Shown piece by piece: positions 49,714 through 61,194 of a stretch of 64,000 nt of DNA. The stretch lies in NCBI RefSeq assembly GCF_036971445.1, contig NC_091477.1:105648001-105712000 (forward strand), given 5' to 3'. This stretch comes from Narcine bancroftii. Lineage: Eukaryota. The notes below the pieces were generated by a model. It saw only the letters and a list, made by a program, of their open reading frames with translations. It had not been told where the DNA came from and searched no databases. Both the position numbers and the translations under genes were made by a program. Every line of letters starts with the position of its first letter. Within the stretch, counting starts at the first letter, position 1.

Positions 49714-52700
49714 TGTAGCCTGGTATAGTGGACAAATGTACAATGGGAAATAATTTAAAGCAATATTTATTTTGGATAATTCTGCTCCTCCTACAGTTTA
49801 TGGTCTCAAGGGGAGCCCCACTAGATCAAGGATGACATCACTTTTGTGGATTTTGTGATGACTAATGAGACCAATGTGGGAAGTACAGACATTTCCAAAA
49901 ATTATGCAGTGTAGCGGTACGCTTGGAGGGAGTGGGCAGAAACACCTCCTGTCTTTTGACAGCTGGACACAACAGCCTCCTATCTTCTGGAAACTAGCCA
50001 CGAAGGTCTACTAAGAAGCCTTGGCCTACTCAACATAGCTACATCATGAGGTCATCAGATGTCATGACACCAGGTCACAAGTTGTGTGTCTATATCAAGC
50101 CTGATAACACTGTAATAAACGCTTTTCTCTTCGCTGGCTGACAACTTCAGGTGTGGTCTCATTATTTCAACACTGATGGCGTAGAAGCACAAACATCATC
50201 CACCACATTGGTGACCCCGACGGGTTTAGCCAGTAGCTAGACCATCAACGGACATGCTCAATGGCAACGTGCCAACGAGCCAGCTGTAAATAATGGGCAC
50301 ACTCAACAGCCAAGCTCAAATTAATTTGCTACAGCAACGCTCCAACGAGCTGACAATAAATAACGGACACGCTTGACAGACACTCTGCAAGCCCAAGCTC
50401 GAATCACTTGCTTGCAGTAATGCTCCAATGAGCCAGAAACGAATGATGGACTACCTGACCCAGCTGAACCTACTTTCACACTGCTCCAGTCGACCGTAGC
50501 TATGAATGACTGCAAATTAATCAGTGCCACATCACAGGTCAGCAAATAAATAACCAGGAGGCCAGTCTCTCTTCCTTCCATGGTCGAGTGAATGAACAGA
50601 AAGGGATGTGGTAGGAAGTAACTGTTTGGATGTTTGAAAGACTGTTTTACAACCTATTCACTCACTTCGGTGACTTGGAGTAGGCCAAACTGATGTCTTG
50701 TGTGCCTCTTGAATTGCGCAACAAGTCTGGCCAATGAGTTGCAAGGTCAGGGAAACACTTATCAGCAATATTTTAAACTGTCCTCAGACGTCAAAAGGCT
50801 GCATATTTTTGCTCAACACAGCACATCAGTAGAGCCTCAATTTTTCGGGAATGTTACCGCACCCTGCACTCTATTACCACTGAAGTGGTTGTTTATCAGC
50901 AAGTTGTCTGCAGCTGGCAGCAAAGACATTTAAAACTTGCCTGTTCAAACTTCAGGAGGTTTGCATCTCAGCAGCTGTGACTAGAGGGAACATCCTCCAG
51001 GTTTCACTAGTCTCCCCCAAGGAAGACCACTCGACCAGAGAACAACTATCAACTCCTCCTCTAGAGAAGAAGCCTATGATCTGGGGGACAACCACTTACT
51101 CCCCAGAGGCAAGATCACGCGACCCTCAGTGGAAGATTCCGTGAGACAGGTATTAACCCTTCTCCATTAACAATGGCGTGAAGCAAGGCTGTGTTCTCGC
51201 ACCAACCCTCTTTTCAATCTTCTTCAGCATGATGCTGAACCAAGCCATGAAAGACCCCAACAATGAAGACGCTGTTTACATCCGGTACCGCACGGATGGC
51301 AGTCTCTTCAATCTGAGGCGCCTGCAAGCTCACACCAAGACACAAGAGAAACTTGTCCGTGAACTACTCTTTGCAGACGATGCCGCTTTAGTTGCCCATT
51401 CAGAGCCAGCTCTTCAGCGCTTGACGTCCTGCTTTGCGAAAACTGCCAAAATGTTTGGCCTGGAAGTCAGCCTGAAGAAAACTGAGGTCCTCCATCAGCC
51501 AGCTCCCCACCATGACTACCAGCCCCCCCACATCTCCATCGGGCACACAAAACTCAAAACGGTCAACCAGTTTACCTATCTCGGCTGCACCATTTCATCA
51601 GATGCAAGGATCGACAATGAGATAGACAACAGACTCGCCAAGGCAAATAGCGCCTTTGGAAGACTACACAAAAGAGTCTGGAAAAACAACCAACTGAAAA
51701 ACCTCACAAAGATAAGCGTATACAGAGCCGTTGTCATACCCACACTCCTGTTCGGCTCCGAATCATGGGTCCTCTACCGGCACCACCTACGGCTCCTAGA
51801 ACGCTTCCACCAGCGATGTCTCCGCTCCATCCTCAACATCCATTGGAGCGCTTACATCCCTAACGTCGAAGTACTCGAGATGGCAGAGGTCGACAGCATC
51901 GAGTCCATGCTGCTGAAGATCCAGCTGCGCTGGATGGGTCACGTCTCCAGAATGGAGGACCATCGCCTTCCCAAGATCATGTTATATGGCGAGCTCTCCA
52001 CTGGCCACCGTGACAGAGGTGCACCAAAGAAAAGGTACAAGGACTGCCTAAAGAAATCTCTTGGTGCCTGCCACATTGACCACCGCCAGTGGGCTGATAA
52101 CGCCTCAAACCGTGCATCTTGGCGCCTCACAGTTTGGCGGGCAGCAACCTCCTTTGAAGAAGACCGCAGAGCCCACCTCACTGACAAAAGGCAAAGGAGG
52201 AAAAACCCAACACCCAACCCCAACCAACCAATTTTCCCCTGCAACCGCTGCAATCGTGTCTGCCTGTCCCGCATCGGACTTGTCAGCCACAAACGAGCCT
52301 GCAGCTGACATGGACTTTTTACCCCCTCCATAAATCTTCGTCCGCGAAGCCAAGCCAAAGAAGAAAGCATAAAAAATCTGCCTGTCGCTGATGCCACTGT
52401 GACATTTTCCTGCCAACCAGACAGTATAGGCTTTTAAGTGCCAGCGCAGCACCACTCACAACATTGCCAGTCGCTGATGCTACTGAGGCCTTTTCCTGTT
52501 GACCAGGCAGACAGTACAGGTTTTTCAGTCCCAGTGCACTACTGCTCAGCATAGCACAGCTTATTGGCTCAGCAGCCAGCTAGCAAACTTTCAGCGGCAA
52601 TGGACAGTCGCTCAGCACAGCACCACCTGTCAACTCCTGTATGATACTACAGACATTCAGCAGCAACAGATAGTTGCTCTGCAGGTCGCCACCTATCAGC

Positions 52701-53542
52701 TCCTGTGTGTCATTGCAGACTTTAGCTGCTACTTGATTTTCCAGTTAACTCTTTCCCACCAGACTTTAAGATTGGTACTATAGACTCTCACAATTACCAA
52801 CAACCTACTTACAGTATGGACTTTCAGTTTTGGTAATGCCTCAAATGTTTGATTCTGTTCTGGATTTCTCATGTGCCTTAACTGTAATTATCAGTAATCA
52901 ACTGTGACTTTTTGCAACTGTCCGTGATTACCTTTTGCATATATTAAGTGTCTCACATGATTCCTACTGTATTTATTTGCATTGTCAATAATTGTTTGCA
53001 GCTTTCTACTTGATTGAGCCCTGTTAGGGTGTATGGTACATATCACTTCCTCCCCCAGTAGCCTTCATACACGATGCTCCAGAAGTGTGCCACAAATGGC
53101 AAGTCAGTTTCACTCTCCCTGCTCAGTTCTATGGTGGAACGACCGCACTAATTCAGATCCGCTAAGCCAGTTGGTTGCTTACTGCTGGTTCTGGGGGGAG
53201 CTGTGCAGCGATACACTTGGAGGCAGTGGGCAGAACCAGCGCTAACAGCTCCTGTCTTGTGACAGCTAGACACAACAACCTCCTATCTACTGGCAACCAG
53301 CCACTACAACCACGAGGCATAGTGACTCAGTAACACCTGTAGGTCTATTGAGAAGCCTTGGCCTACTCAACGTAGCTACGTCATGAGGTCGTTAGCACTT
53401 AAGATGTCACGACACCAGGTCACATGTGTGTCTATATCAAGCCTGATAACACTGTAATAAACACTTTTCGCTGGCTGACAACTTCAGGTGTGGTCTCGTT
53501 ATTTCAACATGATGGTGTATGATCACAAACATCAATTGCTAC
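49714..53542 (+). mobile_element. Non-autonomous or deleted LTR element with two diverged LTRs, interrupted by an RTE
   Basis: Shared LTR block ~49945-50207 vs ~53249-53542; PBS-like tggtgaccccgacg at ~50209; no pol recognised; left boundary uncertain. Confidence 0.7.
51155..52368 (+). mobile_element. 5'-truncated RTE-clade LINE (young), copy 2, with an open RT C-terminal frame
   Basis: Uninterrupted 376-aa frame 51178-52308: GVKQGCVLAPTLF, LLFADD, FTYLG, terminal CNRC...HKRAC; short 3' UTR and (gaa)n-like tail. Confidence 0.95.
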
Positions 53543-54129
53543 AGCAAGTGCTGCCTGATGGGGTGAGTTAATAGATATTTATAAGGTAACATTCTCCCTC
53601 TCTCTTCAGAGTTTGTGTCTCTCAATGCATGAAAGACATGTTAAACATCATCCTGTATGCTCTTTTACGACTTCTTTGTGTTCACAGACCTCAAGTCGAT
53701 GTAAATGTTGTATCAAGGCATCGTGCACAACTTTTCAATCTTTTTCTTATTTCACCAGGCAATCTCGTTGTGAGGCAATTCAGAGAAGTGAGGCTGCTTT
53801 GAAAGCATGACATCAGGCATGCAAATTACATGATCTGCCTAACAAATCATAGTTTGGTTATCAATGTTGGGGCTGTTGGCCTGGAAAGGGCGTTGGTTTG
53901 TTTATTCTTCTAGTGACAGGAGAGCTAGAGACAACATTGGTAGCATCTTTCCAGAACTTTAAGTTGCCAATTATGAGCTGCCTAGATCTTGGGAATATAC
54001 AAAGTCAAAGATCACTGTTGCCTAGTAGGCCACAGGTTTTACTGCAGGCTCAAGGTCTTTGATCAATTGAGGGAAAGGATATTTAAGGTGAAAGGCTGTG
54101 CAATAAGGGTTCTGTCTTCTCACATGGAT

Positions 54130-54556
54130 TACATAGGAACATAGGAAGTAGGAACAGGAGTAGGCCAAAAATGGCCCATCGAGCCTGCTCCCTCATTCAA
54201 TACGATCATGGCTGATCTAATTTATGACCTAACTCCACCTACCTGCCTTCTCCCCATATCCCCCAATTCCTCTATCATGTAAATATTTATCTAACCGAAT
54301 TTTAAATATGTTTAATGAGGCAGCCTCAACCACTTCCCTGGTTAGAGAATTCCAAACATTCACTACTCTCTGGGAAAAACTATTTTTCCTCATCTCTGTC
54401 CTAAATCTACTCCTCCGAATCTTGAGACTCTCGTTTTAGTTTCCCCGGCCAGCTCAAAAAACCTTCCTACATCTATCCTATCCTTACCCTTCATAATCCT
54501 AAATGTTTCTATAAGATCTCCTCTCATTCTTCTGAACTCGAGCGAATACAATCCTA
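54130..54556 (-). mobile_element. CR1 LINE 3' end
   Basis: cataggaacataggaagtaggaacaggagtaggcc...gcccatcgagcctgctcc is a typical CR1 3' terminus; low decay. Confidence 0.7.
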
Positions 54557-55060
54557 AGGCACTAAGGCACTACCATTAATGGAAGGCTGTCTGTTAAACA
54601 TACAATAAGTATGTTTAAGTAACTTTTTGGTTTCTTCTCCTTTGTTGACTGTGGTGCAGTTCTCTTTACTGCAGAGAAATGAACAGGTTAAATACACACC
54701 ACTAGCTCAAGAGCAAAGGCCTTAAAGATTCATCAGCTCCTTCCCATTAACTATTCCGGGACCATCAAACAAAACAAAAAATCTATTTGCACTGTTACAG
54801 GCCATATTATTATGGTTATGGATAAATAGGTCTTTAAAAGAAACAGATTGTGGGGGGATTTAGTAACACTTCAAAAAAGACATCGTATTTAAAATGCAAG
54901 AGCTTTGCTGAAGCTCGACATTGAGGCTCTGGTTGACTTTCCAAAAAACAATGGAACTGCTTTGGAAAGAATTTCCAAAGCAGGTGCAAATGGAAAAGTG
55001 CAGGCTCAAGTGCTGATAAGATTTTTCAAAGATTGGGTTTGGCATCTTGGGAAGGGTTTC

Positions 55061-55223
55061 NNNNNNNNNNNNNNNNNNNNNNNNNNNNNNNNNNNNNNNN
55101 NNNNNNNNNNNNNNNNNNNNNNNNNNNNNNNNNNNNNNNNNNNNNNNNNNNNNNNNNNNNNNNNNNNNNNNNNNNNNNNNNNNNNNNNNNNNNNNNNNNN
55201 NNNNNNNNNNNNNNNNNNNNNNN
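55061..55223. other. Assembly gap (N run) in FYTTD1 intron 2
   Basis: 163 N bases. Confidence 1.
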
Positions 55224-57701
55224 NCTTTTGTGCTGGCAAGCTTGTGAAAATCCTATTTTGAAGACAGGTTACGAGTTCTGAGTTCAGTCTGATGAACTCT
55301 AGTCCTTACAAGAGGAAATGGCCGGCTGGAGTATTTCTCCTGAAATAAGGGAAACAAGAGGAACTCTGTGGTGACCTGGAAGAAGAGGTTATCATTTGGG
55401 AAAACCCATAATGGGGCAAGTTTCTTCAGCAAGACAATGAAGTGACTGATTGAAGGAAATCAGTTTGTGTGTGTCCAACAAGCAACAAATATCTCTCTGA
55501 AACCAACAAGAACCTTCCTGAGCAGTAACCATTTATCATTATCAGGGGATATAAGGTTAATTGGGTGGCACGGACTCACGGGCCAAAATGGCCTGTTACC
55601 AGGCTAAAGAAAAACTGCAATCTTTCTATCCTTTTACATTTATCCACTTTTCTGCCTTAGCAGGTTGTTGTAATTTAATGCACACTACTTGCTGCTGCCA
55701 AACAGGCATACACACAGAACTTATTCTAGTCATGCTGGCGGAAATGAGCAGTATTTAGTGGTGGGTAGTCAAGGTCACCTCACTAATACTGATGGGTCAA
55801 ATCAAAAAACTCAATCAGAATCTACAACATTTAAGGGATTTTCCTGCATACAAATTAGATAACATTTCTTTGAACTCATTGTTACAAGTTTATGTTTTAT
55901 ATCTTGCGTATCTCCTTTATAAATACAGGGAAATGGGTTGATGTCAATCACTTATTCTCATAAACAAGTAATATTTAGGAGATAGCCTTCTTGTATACAG
56001 AAATTAACAGAAGTCAGGAAGAGTTTCTCCCAGTACACATCGACATCCATTCTCTGCCTTCCTGCTTACTGATTTTTAATTAACAAATGCAATGGCTTGT
56101 TTCACCCTAATCTTAAATCATTGTTAACAATAGTGGGTGAAACTTCTGGGCAGAAACAATAGGCCCTTTCAAACTGTCAAGTAAAATGGGGTTATCCGTG
56201 CAATTTGCCCGGTTAGCAGCCCAGTTATGCGGCAGTTAGAAGGGGTCTCTCTGGATCAACCCCATTGCAATCCAACCGGGCCCCTGACCTACCTCAGAGG
56301 TAGTCAGGGAGCCCAGTTAAACATACCTAGGTCGCATCCACAGGCTATTTGGAAACTAAAATGGCCGACCCACTTATTCCTGTGACGTCAGTAATTGGTG
56401 TGTGCAGCCAGCATCCGGCAAGACCAGGTTTGCGATTTAATGGGTAGATGCCCCTGCAATTTAATAGGTGCTTACAGCACTTTTGCGCCAGTAATCACAC
56501 CTGGGTTGCAGGAAGGCTACCTCGGTGCTGCAGAACTGGGACTGGGCTGGTGCTGTTAAGGTTACTGAATGCTTACTATAGTTTTTGACAATTCACATCA
56601 CGTTTGATAAGTAAACTCAATCAGCTGCGTTTGGCTGGAAACTGATTTATGAATGGACTGCCTTTTGTCAGCTCGTTGACTATATCAGTAGTCAGTTAGC
56701 ACTACTATGTTAAAGAGATCAAGGAAGGCATCAAGGGTTCTGGAGCCTGGTGGGCAAAAATGAAAATCGATCCCTGTCTGAAAAGTTTGCTAGCCTAAAA
56801 ATTATTTTCTCTCCCAGCCTGTTCTCGAGTAAAACCTATGCTGCTTTTCTTATAATTGATATTTGTAGCTATCCTATAAACAAACTTCTACATCTGTACA
56901 TCACACTACGCATACGACAATAAACTCTCATTACTCTTAAGCTGAGGGGGCAATTGTTAGACATTTAAATGCTCATCGTACTGGTGATGCCCATAGCCTG
57001 TGAATCACAGAAATCAAAAGTTGGTCAGTTTTTAAAATGTCTGCAACAGAAATATTGGAATGGGGGCGCTGGAGCTTAGATTTGAATAGAGTCACAAAAT
57101 GGGCACCTCATGTTGCAGGCAGATTTTGATTGAGAAAGTGGGAAAGGCAATTTAATCAATATTGCAGAAATTCTGCCAGAAAATAAACCATGGGTTATAT
57201 TGCACAAATTTGGGGAGGGGGGGGGGGAGGGGAAGAGAGAGAAAGGGAGGGGTACAGGGAGAATTTGATTATTTTGGTAAAATAATGGAGAAAATACAGT
57301 TAGAATTTACAAGGATAACAAATTAACTGGTTCTTTTTCATCTTGGTCTTTTCATTCTAGATTAAAGGATGTTACTTCAAAAACAATAAGCCAAAACGTT
57401 TAAGGTGAAAGTAATTAAAAAAAAATGCAGAGCTGTTGATACTCACAAAACCAGTGGCTGTATTCCACAAAATAATTTGCAGGGTTTGTTCATGAGTGGC
57501 ATTGTAGCCAATCCAGATTTTATCCTCAAAGAATGGCCCTGAGCTGTTTCCAACAATGCCTGATAGTTTAGAGGAATTTTATCTTACAAATACTCCCTAC
57601 CTCTAATAAACTTTGAATCTTTACATCTGGTCTGTCAAAGATTAGCAGTCATTAATTAGAAATTAAAGCCTGAAAACATTCCAGTTCCTATAATTCTATG
57701 A

Positions 57702-58380
57702 CAGGGGCGGGCAACCTTTTACTATGCATGGGCCAGATGGTGATCAGTGGTTGAATGGCGGGCTGTACTGATGCTACCACAAATGAAATAGATACTGAAA
57801 TACAGACATTATGCTATTTAAGTTTTCAATTGTCTGCTCGAGTATATAATGCACAATGAAATGATCATTTTTCAAACAATGAGATCAACTATATTCCTTC
57901 CAAAAAAACTAAGATGATGCATTTCAGATCAGGGAAGGCTCTTCAAATCTGGAAATGCACCAAAAATCATGAGATAGTCATTAAAATGACAATAAAAGTC
58001 AAAAAGGAGAAAACTTGGTCACAATGAAAACAAAAGAGCTAACCCCAAAATAGACAGCAGCTCAATCAGTGGGGAACTTAATTTTGTTTGAAAGCACATT
58101 GATATTGGGTGAAATAGTTGTTGATGCCAATAGCAAGACATCATCTAAATGGGAATTAGTCATATTTGTTCTCAAGTGGCTCTTGGTGTACATTTTTGAA
58201 AACAGTTGCTCACATATGTACCAACAAACAGACTCCAACTCGATGCGACTCTGGCGCCGAGAATTTGACTTTTTGTTTTGCACTACTTGTATCGGCGGGC
58301 GGGTGCACATAGTACTTTTGCATTGGGTTGCAGCTGGATAAATTTGGATCATGGGCCATATTCAACCAGTGAGCCTTAGG
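57702..58380 (-). mobile_element. Internally deleted hAT (Charlie/SPIN-like) transposon
   Basis: TIR-like CAGGGGCGGGCAACC at 57702; transposase C-terminal peptide YICEQLFSKMYTKSHLRTNMTNSHLDDVL (hAT dimerisation domain-like); other end decayed. Confidence 0.75.
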
Positions 58381-58688
58381 TTCACATACAGTGAAAGATT
58401 TGAAATAATTTGTCATAAATCTTTTTTAAAAATTTATCGTGATTTTTGAAAGGCTGGTGCTTAAAAATCTCTTAATTTTCCAGAGCACAATTATAAAAAA
58501 ATTGCAATCAAAAGAGAAATGAAACTAAAACACAAATTTAGTCGATCAATTCAAGAGCACTAAAGGATTTATACCTTGATATCAAATGACATCTCTGATT
58601 TTGCTCCAGCAATCTTAATGTACAGAGAAAGTGCTTTATGATCAAAGATTGCCCCAAGAGAATGCAATTCTACAAGTTCTAAACTCAC

Positions 58689-58832
58689 CAGATCGTTGTG
58701 GGATTCCATGCCAACTGCTTGATCGCTTCAGATGCATTGTGGAATAGGAATATTGATTGAACATCTGCTTTCCTTTACGTGATCCAGATCTCTTCATATT
58801 ATATTGCTTTTTATTCATTTTAATTATATCAT
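58689..58832 (-). CDS. FYTTD1: FYTTD1 coding exon 2
   Basis: (D)DIIKMNKKQYNMKRSGSRKGKQMFNQYSYSTMHLKRSSSWHGIPQRS(G); completes the UAP56-binding motif DMSLDDII; acceptor ttttgtaccacag, donor GTGAGT; 144 nt, phase 1->1. Confidence 0.92.
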
Positions 58833-58899
58833 CTGTGGTACAAAATATGCAATCAATAGTTAAAGGCTTATTTATTCAAAGATATTAAAAACAAATTAT

Positions 58900-59345
58900 A
58901 GTGGCATCTGAAACTCAAGTTTTCTTCATACATCTGCCAGATTATTTTTCCTGTGGGTGAGGCAGAATTACCACTTACTGGTAAAGCAAAAAAACTGAAC
59001 ACACTGTATACATATAAACAAATAAAAAAATGTAAACAAACTGACTGGGCACTACAGAGAGGGAAAAAAAGTCATTAAAAAGCAAAAAGTAAGAGTTCTT
59101 AACTAGGTCCCTGATTGAGTTTATGGTTGAAGAGTCTGATGGTGAAAGGGTAGCAGCCACTCCTGAACCTGGTGGTGCGAGTCTTATGGCACCTATACCT
59201 CTTTCCTGATGGTAGCAGAGCATGTGCTGGGTGGTGTGGGTCCTTGATGATTCCTGTCTCCAATGGCAGGACTTCCTGTACATGCTCTCAACGGTGGGGA
59301 GGGTTTTACCTGTGATGTCCTGGGCTGTGTCCACTTCCTTTTGCA
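58900..59345 (-). mobile_element. Rex/Babar-like LINE 3' end
   Basis: VDTAQDITGKTLPTVE peptide; homologous to 61390-61870 and 15995-16275. Confidence 0.75.
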
Positions 59346-60061
59346 GTGGAGCCTAAAGACATCACTCCATTTCTAGCAAAAGCTAGAAATTTTGAGCAAA
59401 AGCTAGAAATTCTATTTCTTCCCGCACATAACAGAGCTCAAAATTAGAGGGCAGGGATTTAAGGTGAGAGGAGAAGAGATTTAAAAGGGATCTAAGGGAC
59501 AACCTTCATTCAGAGAGTGGTGGGTATTTCAAGCAAACTGCCAAAGTGGCAGAGGCAGGTACGATAGCAATCCTGAAAAAAAAATTAAGATTGGGAAATG
59601 GATAGAAAGATTCAGAAGGATATGAGCCAAAAAGCAGGCAAATGGAATTGCTTAGGAGAACAAATGGGCTGAAGGGCCTGCTTCTATGCTACAAAAACTC
59701 TTTGACTATGACTGCAACATTTAATTGTTTCCATCTGACACCATCCAAATTTCTCTTACATGTTGAAATTGAACTCAAATCCACAACTTCAGCTAGAAGC
59801 TAGTTCCACACTCTTACCATCTGCTGAGTGAAGTTCTCCTGAATGCTCCCCCCCCTTACAAAAAAAATTTCACCTTACACCCTTATCCCCTGTCCTCTCG
59901 TTCTCGAGCCTGCAGACACTGTGGTTGGAGTAAAAAGACAATGCTGGAGCAACTCTGCCAGTCGAATAGTGTACCTTATGTAGAAAGATACATGACCAAC
60001 GTTTCAGGCTTGAGCCCTTCCTCAAGGTAGGAACATAGATAGAAAGCAAAATTTCTATTGT

Positions 60062-60276
60062 CTTCTTTGGCTTGGCTTCGCGGACGAAGATTTATGGAGG
60101 GGGTAAATGTCCACGTCAGCTGCAGGCTCGTTTGTGGCTGACAAGTCCGATGCGGGACAGGCAGACACGGTTACAGGGGAAAATTGGTGGGTTGGGGTTG
60201 GGTTTTTCCTCCTTTGCCTTTTGTCAGTGAGGTGGGCTCTGCGGGTCTTCTTCAAAGGAGGTTGCTGCCCGCCAAA
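60062..60276 (-). mobile_element. RTE 3' fragment, copy 3
   Basis: Reverse complement of the RTE tail with two short deletions; 7-bp TSD ctattgt (60055-60061, 60277-60283). Confidence 0.9.
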
Positions 60277-60713
60277 CTATTGTAGTGATGGGAGAAAGGT
60301 CAGAGGGGAAACGAGAGGGCAAAGAAAAAGTTTTACTCTTCACATTTCAAATGAAGCCAAATTTTAAAATTCCAAATAGTTGAAATGGTTCATTTATCAT
60401 TTTTAAACGAGTTACACTTTGTAACATACTGCCTTGTTTTGAATAACCATTATTTAAATTGGAAGTTGTCACTCGGAAGAAAACTAAATTAATATTTAAG
60501 ACCAGCCAATTTAATCCACACGTACGCAGCCAGGCACATTTGCCTTCACTCTGCCATTAGTGTTCCCTGTGTTGTCCCCGTATCCGAAAACTGGCCAGGC
60601 CAAGATCTTGATTTAGCACATCCACCAAGTTTCCTCTCTTCAAGTTCAAGTCAAAATGAACGCAAAATAAACGAAGTGCAATCCCCCCCACCCACCTACC
60701 CCCCACAACCTAC

Positions 60714-60906
60714 CCAAGGACATGTCTAATTTGTCAGGTCTCGCTTTCCCCATCACAACCTCACTCCGTTCAACACCGACCATCACCACCGGGCCGACCT
60801 GTTCTGCCGAACTCCCCACGCAACCTGACGCACCGGAGACGCGCGCCACCATTGGTGCTTTTGGATCTGATCGCTCTGACCCGTCGACGTGCGCTGCTGA
60901 CCTCAT
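60714..60906 (-). CDS. FYTTD1: FYTTD1 coding exon 1 (start codon uncertain: 60906, 60852 or 60783)
   Basis: Ends ...KARPDKLDMSL G|GTAGGT, joining exon 2 to give DKLDMSLDDIIK; lies in a CpG island. Confidence 0.85.
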
Positions 60907-61030
60907 CACGCCACCTCCCCCTGCGTGGTGCCTGAAGAGGTGACCCTGTGCGGCGCCGTGGTGGAGCTCGAGGAGAGCGACGCGAGTCGACGGAGCTCTT
61001 CGGACGAGTTAAAAACTTTGTAGGTCGAGC
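60730..61030 (-). promoter_or_regulatory. CpG island / FYTTD1 promoter and 5' UTR
   Basis: CpG-dense block around exon 1. Confidence 0.75.
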
Positions 61031-61194
61031 AGTGTACTCTGTAGAGCAAAGATAAACCAATGTTTCGGGTTTGAGCCCTTTCATCGTTTCCAGAAAAAAA
61101 AGTTTCTTAAACTAAATGAGTAGTCCACATAACACAGGAAATTAATGTAGATGCTCTGAAATAGTAGCAAAATACTGTACTTGAAACATGTAGC

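Noticed and set aside
51178-52308. 376-aa ORF as a host or domesticated gene
   Set aside because: It starts mid-RT at a GTG, is 5'-truncated and has near-identical dispersed copies; an open frame is expected for a young insertion
54905-55281. ORFs spanning the N run
   Set aside because: Artefacts of the assembly gap
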